34,042 bases of DNA. Origin: an uncultured delta proteobacterium (GTDB lineage Bacteria; Desulfobacterota; Syntrophobacteria; BM002). Position 1 is the first letter of the stretch. Each line of letters begins with the position of its first letter. The position numbers and the translations under genes are program-made. The notes under the pieces are model-generated. The model worked only from the letters and a program-made list of their open reading frames with translations. It was not told the DNA's origin and made no database searches. Below, piece after piece: positions 20,423-31,135 of this stretch. The stretch covers positions 1 through 34,042 of the forward strand of contig CAVQGX010000057.1 in the NCBI GenBank assembly GCA_963712115.1, given 5' to 3'.

Positions 20423-22174
20423 CTAGTCCTGTTCGGCCTTGCCCAGTTGGAGGATTCGTTTCGCGTACTCCTTTTTCAACTCACTGAGGAATGCCTCATC
20501 CACTGGTCCCTTCCAGTTGGTCACTTCGGTAAAGCGCTTGGGAATCTTCACCGCTGCCGGATCAAAACCGGTGGCCAGCCGAAGTCGCCAGCGCAGCTTT
20601 TGGATATGCTGGGCCACCTTCTGCATGTTGTCGGCCAGAGTTATGTATCCCAGAGAACTCAGGCAGTCTGCCAGCAACTCATCCTTGTAAACTTCGCGAG
20701 CAAAAAGGCAGGCAACCATGGAGGTCAAAAGCACCCTGCCCTGTTCATCCTTCACCAGAAAATCGACCGCCTCCTTTACCTTCCTTTCTGTCGTGTGTTT
20801 CTGATCGTAAGAGTAGCCGCCGCTGTCCAAGTGGGAATGTCTGAATCCCAAAGCCTGGGAGGTGAAAAAGACCTCCCCGGTAGCATAGCCGGCCATTTCC
20901 TGACCGAGAACGCAGGCAAAATCTTCCCCGCCGTAGTGCTCCGCTGCTTTCATGGTTCCTTGCGCCAGCAGTCGATAGAAATCATTGGAGCCCAATCCTA
21001 AATGCTGTATGGCCTCCTTGTATCCTGCAGCATCATCAAATTTCAGCGGCACCAGGGTTTCTTTCTCCGAGATCACGCCCTTTTTCAGCGCTTCCGTTGC
21101 CCAGGCCAGTGCCACCCCCGCTGACATCACGTCCAGACCCATTTTTTCCACCATGTCAATGATTCCCAGGACACTGAAAGCATTGGTCATACCCAGCATG
21201 GAGCCGGTGGCGAAGATTGGTTCGTGGTCATAGGAGACCTGGCGATAGAGATACTGGTTGGGTTCCATAAATTTCTCTCGGACAAAACCGATATGGATGC
21301 AGCCCACAGGGCAGCCGGCACAGGCGGTGTTGCGCAAAAGGGTATCGTCGGCAAAGGTTTCACCGGTAATTCCTGCGATCTCCGGATCGTTTGTAGCTTG
21401 AAGATTCCTGCAAGGTAAAGCCTTAAGCTCATTCAATACAGCCACGTTAACGGGGGTGCCCAGATTGTGATATTTATCCATCATGTCGGTGGTGGTAAGC
21501 TGCTTGTGCACTTCCTCAAAGAGCTCTGCGTACTCTTTCCCCTCAGGCAGTTGGAATACACCATCGCCCTGAATCGCAATGGCCTTGAGATTTTTGCTCC
21601 CCATAACCGCACCACCGCCGAGCCTGCCGAAGTGACGGTAGGTATCCACAGTAATACAAGCATAGGCTGAGAGGTTTTCCCCTGCAGGGCCTATACGAAA
21701 GATCGACCGGTGGCCTGCGCCGCCAATCATCTTGCGAAGCATCTTGCCCGATCTCTGCAAGTCAATTCCCCACATGTAGTGAACATCCTTGACCTCGAGA
21801 TGGCGCGAGCCAATGGAGACGTAGCTTGGTCTATCAGCCTTGCCGGTAATCACCAACCCGTCCAGGTCAGCAAAACGTAAGGACAGGGCTGAGCGCCCCC
21901 CAGCGTGACTCTCTCCGTACTGATCATGATAGGGCGACTTGAAACCACATACGGTCTTACTCATGAGGGGAAAATATCCTGTAAGCGGTCCGATAGTGAA
22001 AATGAGAGGCTGCTCCGGATCGTCCCAAGGTTTGTTCAGGTGACCATATCTGTCAAATAGCAATGCTGCCAGCCCACTACCACCAGCCTCTGTATCACGA
22101 CCGTCAATGCTAACAATTTTACCCTTACCAGAGGTAAGGTCCACGGTGAGTATCCTGAAATGATCCCTGATCAT
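20423..22174 (-). CDS. W/Mo-pterin aldehyde:ferredoxin oxidoreductase family large subunit; probable glyceraldehyde-3-phosphate oxidoreductase GorL
   Basis: AOR motifs GGSGLAA, FKSP...ESHAGGR, IGPAGEN, GRLGGGAVMGSKNLKAI, CAGCPVGC, MGLDVMSAG. The GOR-clade assignment rests on RHFGRLG, EMAGYATG and RHSHLD-type blocks, the cognate Fe-S subunit and the glycolytic context. Confidence 0.85.
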   Translation of the reverse strand: MIRDHFRILTVDLTSGKGKIVSIDGRDTEAGGSGLAALLFDRYGHLNKPWDDPEQPLIFTIGPLTGYFPLMSKTVCGFKSPYHDQYGESHAGGRSALSLRFADLDGLVITGKADRPSYVSIGSRHLEVKDVHYMWGIDLQRSGKMLRKMIGGAGHRSIFRIGPAGENLSAYACITVDTYRHFGRLGGGAVMGSKNLKAIAIQGDGVFQLPEGKEYAELFEEVHKQLTTTDMMDKYHNLGTPVNVAVLNELKALPCRNLQATNDPEIAGITGETFADDTLLRNTACAGCPVGCIHIGFVREKFMEPNQYLYRQVSYDHEPIFATGSMLGMTNAFSVLGIIDMVEKMGLDVMSAGVALAWATEALKKGVISEKETLVPLKFDDAAGYKEAIQHLGLGSNDFYRLLAQGTMKAAEHYGGEDFACVLGQEMAGYATGEVFFTSQALGFRHSHLDSGGYSYDQKHTTERKVKEAVDFLVKDEQGRVLLTSMVACLFAREVYKDELLADCLSSLGYITLADNMQKVAQHIQKLRWRLRLATGFDPAAVKIPKRFTEVTNWKGPVDEAFLSELKKEYAKRILQLGKAEQD

Positions 22175-22623
22175 GACGCCACCTCCTCTGCCTCTTTTTC
22201 AGTCGAGGGCTCAACCACCACCTCCGCCATCTCCAAGCAATCATGGGGGCAGTAAACCACACACTGGCCGCAGTGGATGCAGACAAAGGGTTCGCTGGTG
22301 GCGTCGAGATAAATGGCGTCAACCGGACAGGCTTCGGCACAGTCGCCACATTGGATACACTGCTTACTCTTGAAAATCACTCCCCCGCCTTTGCGTTGAG
22401 AGAATGCACCTGTTGGACAGGCTAAAGCGCAGGGGGCAGGATGGCAGGCCAGGCAGGACTTTGCCTCAAAGCCCGTTGATAACCCGCCTGAGGATATAAT
22501 TCGAATACCCGCCGTATCCCAGGACAATCTTTTATGCACCAGGCGGGCACAAGCGAGTGAGCAGGAATGGCAGCCAATACATCTTTCCATCCTGGGAGTC
22601 GTTAGTACCTTCGCGGTTTTCAT
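22171..22623 (-). CDS. Polyferredoxin (4Fe-4S) small subunit, GorS-like; ATGA-coupled to the large subunit
   Basis: CIGCHSCSLAC, CLACHPAPCALACP, CIQCGDCAEACP, CIHCGQCVVYCP. The start is probably ATG 22623 (AGGAG RBS). Confidence 0.88.
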   Translation of the reverse strand: MKTAKVLTTPRMERCIGCHSCSLACARLVHKRLSWDTAGIRIISSGGLSTGFEAKSCLACHPAPCALACPTGAFSQRKGGGVIFKSKQCIQCGDCAEACPVDAIYLDATSEPFVCIHCGQCVVYCPHDCLEMAEVVVEPSTEKEAEEVAS

Positions 22624-23281
22624 AGTTGGGCTCCTGAGAAGTTCATGCATTAGTTAAAGTAAAATATAAAACAATTATCTTTTTATATTATAAAATTAAA
22701 TATTTATCAGTTAATGTTAAATTCCACTTAATCACCTGTGCGACAACTACTCACCCTCCCCTGCGCGTCCTCTGGCTCGACTTCGTCCCGTAGGGGACTT
22801 CACCGCTGAGAGGAGGAGATTGTTATATTTCCGGATAGACACCAGCTAATAGCAGATTGGACAATCAGAGGGCCCGAGATAATCACTGCAATGTATTATA
22901 TTGAATAATGGTTCTAGTGAAGGGTTTTTGTCTTCTTAAATCATCAATTTGGTCGTGCTAAAGATGATGTCCCTTATCTTTGTCTGGGTTAAAGATAATA
23001 TCGAATTATATTGGTCTTTTCACTCATTGGCAACCTCATCCCTAGCGCGGGAAGCGTACAGAACTTCCCTGCGGGTGTTAACCTCAAATAGATGGGCAAT
23101 CTCAAGATGTCGAACCGCCTAAATGACACCCTGAGATTTACTTCGCTAATAGCTGGAACTATCTGTATAATATGTTCCCTTGGTGATATTCTGAGCCTTC
23201 GATACGACCATTATCAATGCTAGGTTGACTTACTAACAAGCTGCCAAGAAAGTCGAGCAATTATATTGAGGTGATAAAGAG

Positions 23282-23605
23282 ATGAAAAAGATCATGGTAA
23301 TGACTTGTACTGTTTTCTTGCTTCTGGCTAATACTGCCATCCCTGGTGACAATACTGTCTACATAACAAAAAAAGATTATCCCATGGCCCTTACCAAAGA
23401 AGACCTGGATATGTTTCATCAAAGTATACTCAATGATGATGCTGCCGTGTTTTTGAAACTCAGGCAAGAAGGTAGGGCCTGGCTGTCAAGGGCAGGAGTG
23501 GAAGTCTACATTGTCGAAAATGACGACTCCGGCAAAATCAAGATAAAATCAAAGAATGCAACCCAAGAAATCTGGACGTTGCCAGAGGCATTGGAAAAGA
23601 AGTAG
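23282..23605 (+). CDS. Small exported hypothetical protein
   Basis: GAGGTG RBS; MKK plus a hydrophobic signal-peptide-like N-terminus; 107 aa. Confidence 0.7.
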   Translation: MKKIMVMTCTVFLLLANTAIPGDNTVYITKKDYPMALTKEDLDMFHQSILNDDAAVFLKLRQEGRAWLSRAGVEVYIVENDDSGKIKIKSKNATQEIWTLPEALEKK

Positions 23606-23606
23606 A

Positions 23607-23800
23607 CAGGAGTCAGGAGTCAGGAGCCAGAATACAGCAGAACATTTCGCCAAATTTCAGGGTTTCAGGTTTCAGTGTTCAGGTTTCAGGTTTTACCCTT
23701 TGCGTTTCTACTCCTGACACCTGACACCTGACACCTTATTGATGGTGATTCGTTATTTGGAATTTTCAGTCACTCCAGTACTCCAATACTCCAGTATTCC
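23607..23800. repeat. Stacked modular repeat arrays between convergent genes
   Basis: caggagtcaggagtcaggag; tttcagg-like x5; cctgacacctgacacctgaca; ttggaattt; actccagtactccaatactcca. Confidence 0.8.
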
Positions 23801-23815
23801 ACGAATCCAACCCTC

Positions 23816-24635
23816 CTAAGGTAGTCTTGTCAACCACGAAGCATCCCCAAACCAGCGTTCGGTTAACTCGTCCAGTGCACCGCTTTCTTCCAGGATGGAG
23901 AGAAAATTTTCCAACCAGTTGACCAGATGTGGGTCATATGAGGGCACTGCAATACCATAGGGCTCATAGGTCAAGGGCGTAACCACTGAGAGTAATCCTT
24001 GATCTGGATAACGAAGGACGGATACCACACAGATGGGATAGTCGGCAACCATGGCGTGCACCTTGTCCTTGAGCACGAGATCCACAGCCTCATCGTAGTC
24101 CTCCGCCGGAATTAACTGGACCTTAGGTAATACTGCCTCAACGAAATATTGACTGGTGGAGCCTTTGAGGGCGGTCAACCTGACATTCGGCGCTGTTTAC
24201 TTCCGTGGCCTCTTCTGCTTTGGCTATGGTTTCAATCTTGGTGAGAAAGGCCTTGCCAGATATAAAGTATGGGCCGACAAAAGCTACCTTCAAATTTCGC
24301 TTGGGGGTCATAGTCATGTAGGACAAAATCATGTCCACCTCTCCCGCCTGCAGGCTGGAGAGCAACTTGTCAAATTTCAATTCTTTAAATCTAAGTTTCA
24401 CGCCCATGCCATCAGCAATTAATTTGGCCAAGTCAGCCTCAAAACCGATAATTTCGCCGTCTTTTGCTTTGATATTCAAGGCGGGCATGCCAGCAGCCGT
24501 ACCAACTACTAACTCTCCCTTCTGCAAAATGTTATCGAGCACAGGTGTGGGTGTGGGCTTGATGATTTGTTTGGTACATCCGAATAAAAGAAAGAGTGAC
24601 AAAATCAGGACAAAGACTGTTACTTTTTTCTTCAT
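23816..24635 (-). CDS. Amino-acid ABC transporter substrate-binding lipoprotein (SBP family 3), split by one extra base near 24191
   Basis: LLFGC lipobox, GELVVGT, IIGFEADLA, MTMTPKRNLKVAFVGPYF. Removing one base in AGC-G-CCG gives NSPNVRLTALKGSTSQ...EPYGIAV...LTERWF. Confidence 0.85.
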
Positions 24636-24763
24636 TCTACTTCTCCTTTAATAACGGTGTTCAAGAGAGTTAGGGAGGTTAGCAGAGAAATATGCAAGAC
24701 ATCTAAGCTTTCAGTGATGTTAAGACAGCTAATTGTGCGAGTCAACAAAGAGAAGGAGAATTC

Positions 24764-24792
24764 TTGACAGAAACATTAAGTTAGGCAAGAAT
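24764..24792 (+). promoter_or_regulatory. Candidate sigma70 promoter for the MscS gene
   Basis: TTGACA-N17-AAGAAT. Confidence 0.4.
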
Positions 24793-24855
24793 CGACGTTC
24801 AGAGAACATCGTCTCTTAATTCGGTAATGGAAGGATTACAAAATGCGTAAGCCAT

Positions 24856-27295
24856 ATGAGATTCATTCTTTTGTCGATTCTTTTTTTCTTCGGGCTTCTA
24901 TACTGTGCGCAGGTGGGCTGGGCAGCTAACCCGCTAGCAGTAAAGGCTTCAAAAGGCAAGAAAAAGTCTGAGGCCAAGGAAGAGGTCCAACTACCAAAAC
25001 AACTCACCGGCGACCAGATCGATGTCTTTCATGGCCACCCTCAGCGACCAGCAGGTCAGACGCCTTCTCATTGAGGAACTCAAGAAAAAGGCAGAGGAAG
25101 AAGCCGTAACCGCACAGACTGGACAGCAAACTGAGAGAGGGAGCGGTCTGCGACAGATCTTCGATGAAACGGATGCCGGAGCTTCGGCGATTTTTAAGAG
25201 AATCAGAGGAATTTTTCGTGAGTCGGCTTCGGTCTTGTCGCAAAGACGCGCTCTCATCGGGCTATTATCCGACGGCAAGGGAACCGCTTCCTTACTCATG
25301 ACCTTTGTAGGGCTGATTGCCTTGATTGGAACAGGTCTATTAGGGGTGTGGCTGCTTTTGCGTCTCACGGAAGATTTTCGCGATCAGCTGCTTTCCACCG
25401 TGCCTCTAGGGAGCCTAGAGAAGCTAGGCCGCATACTTTTCCGCCTGCTCCTCAATGCTTTGGGAGTGACAGCTTACATACTCATCACCTTCATCCTCTT
25501 TGTTGTTTTCTATGATAAAGGAAACGCCTCATACATTATTGTTGGTACCTACTTGATCGTTAGCTACTATTTACTGGCCATCATCTTCCTTGCCAGAATC
25601 GTGTTCTCACCCGGAGCCCCGGCCTTACGGTTGGTGCCCATGGCGGATGCAGATGCAACCTTCCTCTACCGCTGGTTTTTCCGAATTACCGCTGTGGCGG
25701 CGGTGATTGTAGGAGCGAGTGGGATTGTCCGCAATATCGGACTCAGCGAAGAGCTCTACCTATTGTTGTACAGTGCCTCCGGTCTTAGCGTTATTTTATT
25801 AATCGTCGTAATGATCTGGCAAAGCCGACAGAGAGTGGCGCAAGCCATGTGCCAGGATGCTGCTGAAGGGACCTGTGACCACTCCCCACTGCGTGCTGGG
25901 TTGGCCAAGAGTTGGCATATTTTTGCGATTCTATATGTAATTATTATGGGAATGTTCTGGCAAATCAGCGCCTTGATTGAAGGAAGGGGAACCGTCTTGA
26001 AACTCATTGCCAGCCTTTTCCTCATTCCTATATTCATCGGAATCGATCAGTGGGGACAACGGATGTTGAAAGTCGCCTCCGGTGAGCTGCCTAAAACCTT
26101 TGACCTAAGCGAAGACCCGAAGGTTGAAGCTGGGGCTGATCCGGATGCAGCTGGCGAACTTCCTGCCGGCTATGAACCCCCATGGGATGAGAAAGGGGTT
26201 ACGCGGGATTATATCCCCTTGGTCAAACGAATATTCCGTATTGTGCTGGTGTTGGCCCTGCTCTTCCTCTTTCTCAGGTTATGGGAAATTGACCTCTCCG
26301 TCACCAGAATATTCTCCTCCACCCTCCTCAGTATCATCGTTGCGGTATTGCTTGGACTTTTCGTCTGGGAATACACGAAAACTTTGATTGACAAAAAACT
26401 CGAGGAAGAATTCCCCGGAGAGGGCGAGGAGATAGAGGAGGGTGGTGGCCGTGGCGGCACCCGGAAGGGCACCTTGCTATTGCTCTTTAGAAAATTTGTC
26501 CTTACTGTCCTGGTGGTTATAGTAGCGATGATTGTATTGTCGGCAATAGGTGTAAACATCGCGCCCATGATTGCCGGTGCCGGTATCATTGGGCTGGCCC
26601 TCGGCTTTGGCGCCCAGACCCTGGTGAAGGATATCATTTCAGGGGTATTCTTCCTCGTTGACGATGCCTTCCGCATAAGTGACTTTGTGGAAACCGCCGG
26701 CATGAAGGGTACAGTTGAAAAAATCTCTTTGCGCTCCATGAGGCTTCGCAACGCTCGCGGTCCGGTAATCACAATTCCATTTGGTGATATGAAGACGGTT
26801 ACAAACTACAGCCGTGACTACCAAATCATGAAGCTAGATATTCGGGTTCGTTACGACACCAACGTCAATAAAGTAAAAAAGATCATCAAAAAAATTGACA
26901 AGGAAATTCAGGAGAATCCGGAACTCGCAGCGGGTTTGCTTGACAAGATCAAGTCCCAGGGTGTGAAAGCAATGGATGATTCCGCCATGATAATGCGGGT
27001 CAAATTCAAGACAGTTCCAGGCCAGCAGTTCATTATCCGGCGAGAAGTATTCCAACGAATTCAAGAGGCCTTTCGTAAAGAGGGCATACAGTTCGCCCAC
27101 CGAAACGTTACGGTGTATATGCCGCCGGAGACAACCGGAGGAGAATCTAAGGAGGAGAGTGAAAGCAAGGACGAGCCTACTACCCCCACCGATAAAAGAA
27201 AGCTTGAGGCAGCTGCGGCTGCAGCCCTTGCTCTAGCCGAAGAGGAAGAAGCCGCCAAGCAAGCTGGGAAAGAGAAAGAGAAGGATGACCGCTAG
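24856..27295 (+). CDS. Large mechanosensitive channel of the MscS family (YbiO-like), split by one extra base near 25028
   Basis: The signal-peptide ORF at 24856 joins the 25022 frame as DVFMATLSDQQVRR when one T is removed. The MscS core reads AGAGIIGLALGFGAQTLVKDIISG...GTVEKISLRS...IPFG. Confidence 0.88.
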
Positions 27296-27297
27296 TT

Positions 27298-27688
27298 GGA
27301 TTTGAGATTGTAGATTGCGGATTGCGTAGAGGCGCAAGGCACAGGGCACAAGGTGCAGGGGAAGTCGTCTATCTCAGAAGTCAGAAGTCGGATGTCAGAG
27401 ATCAGCTTTAACCCTGTTCACTGACCTCTGACTTCCGACCTCCGATCTCTGGCTTCTGGCTGCTGCCTGCCGATAAGACCGGCCAAACTGGCTAACCGGC
27501 TAAACAGGCAGAGGGTAGAATGGGCTTTTCGGATTTATCTTCATGCTCTATGCCCCATGCTTGGGGTCAGGAGCTATTGACGCTATTCGCTCTGTGCTGG
27601 TCAAGAAATAACTTTAGGCATTTTAGACACTTAGCATTTTAGCATTTAGGACTGTGGATTTCGGATTGGGGAATGTAGATTTGGAATT
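27298..27688. repeat. Large stack of modular repeat arrays between convergent genes
   Basis: gattgcg; aggcaca; cagaagt/ctgacct inverted pair; accggcta; ctatgcc; ttagcat; ggattt modules. Confidence 0.8.
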
Positions 27689-27693
27689 AAGGG

Positions 27694-28936
27694 TTAGGTG
27701 CTGGTCTGATTGCGTCCAGCTTTTTTTGCTCGGTACAAAGCTTTGTCTGCCGCCATAAGCACTTGCTCCGGAGAGTTGTATTTTCCGTTTCTCTCCGCCA
27801 CACCAATACTTATGGTTACTTTGACTCTTTTTCGAAATCCTCTAACCCCCTTCGATTTTTCTAATCTCTTACCTGATCGACGGCTACCGCGAACTACAAA
27901 GCGCGTCCGTTCCACGCTTTTTCTCAATTTCTCCAGGTGAGAAATGGCCGCTTTGCTATTCAGCCCAGGGAAAATAATGGTAAACTCCTCGCCACCATAG
28001 CGAAAAGGTTTGCCGCCGCCGGATATCGTAGTAAGTTTCGACGCCACCAAACGCAAAACTTGGTCGCCAACCTCGTGGCCGTAACGGTCGTTAAACTTCT
28101 TGAAGAAGTCAATATCGAGCATGGCCACAGTGAAGTTACCACTTAGTTGGAGAAGCTTTTCCTCCAAAGCGCGCCTGCCAGGAATGCCAGTCAATTCATC
28201 TCGAAATGCCATGGTATGGGAAGTTTCAATTACAGAAACAACAAGGACAAGCCCTGCGGTAGCAAAATAAATTGTTGAGATTGGACCAATCTTGCCTGCG
28301 GCGAAAGCCAAGAAAACAGCCAATAGGGCCCAAAAGAACCCGTTTTCAATTACCGACTCGTGTCGAATAAAGCCAAGGGTTAGGGAAAGAAATGCTACGC
28401 CAAAGGAGAAAAGACAAGGCAGTGAAAGGGGTAGCCGTGAGAGCAGGTGTCCTTCAGCCAACGAATAGTCTAGAAAAGCAGCCAGGCCCCACTTCTGATA
28501 TCGACATATGAGAAATACGCCCAGAACCTGCAGTAAGATGAGACTCAATCGGACTATGCCGTGAACGGTTAAAATACCCCGTTCTTTCACCCGTGAGACA
28601 AACACCAGATTCAGAGGCAAGAGAAAGCCAATGGCATTGTAGACGGTTCGGCCGACATCTGCAGAAGCAGCACCGGAGCTAGTAGCGGCAGAGGAAAACA
28701 AAAGTAGTCCCCTGTCTGCCAGAGCCAGTACAAGAATGGCGAAAATCAAGCGACTGCGGTTGAAGCGCCAGCCGAAGCAACATTCCGGCTACTGCCACCA
28801 AATATGGATAAATGTGCACCAGAGCAGACAGAGATTTATCCAAAATACCAAGGTAAAGAAGAATGGCCGTAGAAAAAACCACCAGTCCACCGGGTACGAT
28901 AAGGGAGAACAGTGTTCTCACAACCACTGAATTCAA
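27694..28936 (-). CDS. Membrane-bound diguanylate cyclase (GGDEF), split by one extra base near 28777
   Basis: TTG start with AGGAG RBS. The repaired junction reads ...GWRFNRSRLIFAIL. C-terminal DELTGIPGRR, DIDFFKKFNDRYGHEVGD, RYGGEEF, VTISIGVA, ADKALYRAKKAGRN. Confidence 0.88.
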
Positions 28937-29088
28937 CTCGCTAAACTCCTTTCATCAACCAAGTGGCCACTACCTCGTCAATCAGATTGTAGGTAATTTT
29001 CAGACCAAGGACTGGTCTAAGGCGATGCAATCAGCGTGCCGAGGTGATATTACTAGGCAGCTTGTCAGCAGACAGCTGGCAGGCCATA

Positions 29089-29352
29089 AGTCACTTGCCT
29101 TCGGCGTCATTGGGTCACTACGCTTCGCTGTCATTTGTTGTAATAGGTAGAAGTCAGAGGACAGAGGATAGATGGCAGCAGGCAGGAGGCAGCGGACAGC
29201 AGACAAAAAAGGTTAATTGGAAAATTAGGAAATTGGTCAAATGGTGAAACCGTTTTCGGTTCAGCGTTTACCATAACCGTCTACAAATTGACGATTTGAC
29301 GAGTTGACTAATCGACGAATTGACGACTTGAACGATTTGAACGAATCGACTA
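29089..29352. repeat. Composite modular repeat element; inverted homologue of 14181-14567
   Basis: gtcacttgccttcggcgtca; agaagtcagaggacagagg...ggcaggaggcag; cgtttac; ttgacga/ttgaacga modules, complementary to those at 14.2-14.6 kb. Confidence 0.75.
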
Positions 29353-29426
29353 AATGTCTGAAGTAACTAATTGACAGTTAGATCCGTCGGGGGATAGTCT
29401 TGCTGGGCTAGGAGGTGGGAAGCTTC

Positions 29427-30578
29427 ATGCTCAGAGATGAATACATTTATCAAGAAATGCTCGAGCAGGAGAGAATTGTTTCTTTGCAGCGGACACTTCC
29501 TCCACTGGAGTGGCCTGTTTCTTCGGATAGGGTGTTTCTCACAGGATCGGGGGATTCTTACTGCGCTGCCCTTTTTGGCCAGTGGGTGATGAAAGAACGT
29601 GGCCAAGTATTTGGTTTGCCAGCCCTTGAAGCCAGCCAGGCCGCTCAGAACTTCCAACCTGGCGATACCCTCATTGGCATCAGCGTTTCCGGCCGCACTG
29701 TAAGGGTTTTAGAGGCAGCAAAGAGAGCTTTGGCCGCAGGCGCCCAGGTAGTAGCGGTAACCGACAATCTGCAAAGCCCGTTAGCTGAACTGGCCTTTTC
29801 GGTCTGGCCTATCTATGCATCACCCTCGGAAGAACTAGGGGATACCAACTATACAGACCAGCACGCCAAGCAGTACATTGGTTATCATCACGATGTCGCT
29901 CAGACCAAAACATTCTGGGCGGTCCTGCTTACCCTTATGCGGGCGGCAGAAATAGAACCAGACTGGCAAGTCCTCTTCGACCACACTCGCACCTTGCTCT
30001 CACCCACCTTTTATGAGCCCTTATTCAACAAAGCCAAATTCTGGGCCGAAAGTGGGGAGACCTTTTTCCTCGGAAGTGGTTGGACAAAAATTGTGGCTCG
30101 CTTTGCCAGTTACAAAATGCACGAGTTCAATCGCTTGGGACGCTTCACTGGCATCGAGGAATACTGCCACACCCTCTACTTTATAACCCGGCCTAAAGAC
30201 ACTATTATTTTTCTTATCTTTGACGAGGATACTGCTGCCAGAGCAAGGGAAGTTGTCCCCGTGCTCTGCGAATTCTTCGATGCCAGGATCATCTGGCTTC
30301 AACCCGACTCTTGTGGCAAAAATTTCACGCCCGCCGAATATGGGCACAATATTGAGGTGGTAAACACGCCAGCCTCGAACCAGCCCCTGCAGCAGTTTCT
30401 CGATTTCATCCTTACCGTGCAATGGCTGACCTATGCAATCGGCCGGGTTAACGCACCCAACATCAATACCTTCCACGCCGGCTACGATACGGAGCGTCTG
30501 GTGGCAGGCACCTTAAGAACCATTCGCAAATCTGCCATCCGAGCTCTAGAGCCAAAGAAGTTGGCAGATGGAGATTAA
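29427..30578 (+). CDS. Double SIS-domain sugar-phosphate isomerase/deglycase (GlmS-C/FrlB/AgaS-like)
   Basis: FLTGSGDSY, ISVSGRT, AVTDN..SPLA, QTKTF, LGSG, EEYCH; no glutaminase domain. Confidence 0.85.
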   Translation: MLRDEYIYQEMLEQERIVSLQRTLPPLEWPVSSDRVFLTGSGDSYCAALFGQWVMKERGQVFGLPALEASQAAQNFQPGDTLIGISVSGRTVRVLEAAKRALAAGAQVVAVTDNLQSPLAELAFSVWPIYASPSEELGDTNYTDQHAKQYIGYHHDVAQTKTFWAVLLTLMRAAEIEPDWQVLFDHTRTLLSPTFYEPLFNKAKFWAESGETFFLGSGWTKIVARFASYKMHEFNRLGRFTGIEEYCHTLYFITRPKDTIIFLIFDEDTAARAREVVPVLCEFFDARIIWLQPDSCGKNFTPAEYGHNIEVVNTPASNQPLQQFLDFILTVQWLTYAIGRVNAPNINTFHAGYDTERLVAGTLRTIRKSAIRALEPKKLADGD

Positions 30579-30781
30579 CGAGGAGTGCTGGTACCACCGC
30601 CTGCCTCGTATGAACAGGTGGTAAAATCTATAGTGGTGCCACATTTCGCACATGTGTGAGTCTTGTTGAACTCGTCAGAAAAGATCTCTTTCTCTTCTCC
30701 GCAGCTGTTACACTTGCAAACGAAAGATTTGAGATCCTTAAAAGATTCGTATCCTGGGCAATGCTGTGGTGTTGTAGTCAT
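30575..30781 (-). CDS. Small Cys-rich zinc-ribbon-like protein
   Basis: GGAGGAGG RBS; HCPG, CKCNSCG-EIFSDE-CAKCG, terminal Cys; 68 aa. Confidence 0.75.
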   Translation of the reverse strand: MTTTPQHCPGYESFKDLKSFVCKCNSCGEEKEIFSDEFNKTHTCAKCGTTIDFTTCSYEAGGGTSTPR

Positions 30782-31004
30782 GATAAATCTCCTCCTCCGA
30801 CATCTAAATCAGATCTTCCACGTGCCATAGCTTTACGCTTACATCCCATTCTCTCAGTCTCGAAGTTTAGTCACCCATCTGCCAAAAGTCCAGGAAAAAG
30901 ACCCTAAAGCATTGCAGCATGTACAGCACTGAGACAAGTAATGTGTTTGACTCCCAATGATAGTGGGTCAAATTAGGCTGATTGTTGTCCAGGTTTCTTG
31001 CAAG

Positions 31005-31020
31005 AGGTACAACATTTGCA
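31005..31020 (+). promoter_or_regulatory. Possible sigma54 (-24/-12) promoter overlapping a TACAACA-N16-TGTTGTA palindrome
   Basis: AGGTAC-AACAT-TTGCA has GG-N10-GC spacing; the inverted repeat is at 31008-31014 / 31031-31037. Confidence 0.35.
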
Positions 31021-31135
31021 TAGCATAATGTGTTGTATTTGTGGTAAATTGCCTTACTATGGATTAATTCTCTTCACTCATTCAGCTATTTTCACCCAGA
31101 ATTAGAGTCTGATCTTTTACAAGGAGGGTGTCTCC

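Noticed and set aside
20402-21001. 199-aa plus-strand ORF
   Set aside because: It is an antisense shadow of the oxidoreductase and starts inside a repeat.
22624-23281. Moco/Tuco or c-di-GMP riboswitch upstream of the oxidoreductase
   Set aside because: The expected conserved blocks were not found by eye on either strand; a covariance-model scan would be needed to exclude them fully.
26209-26772. 187-aa minus-strand ORF
   Set aside because: It is antisense to the conserved MscS core.
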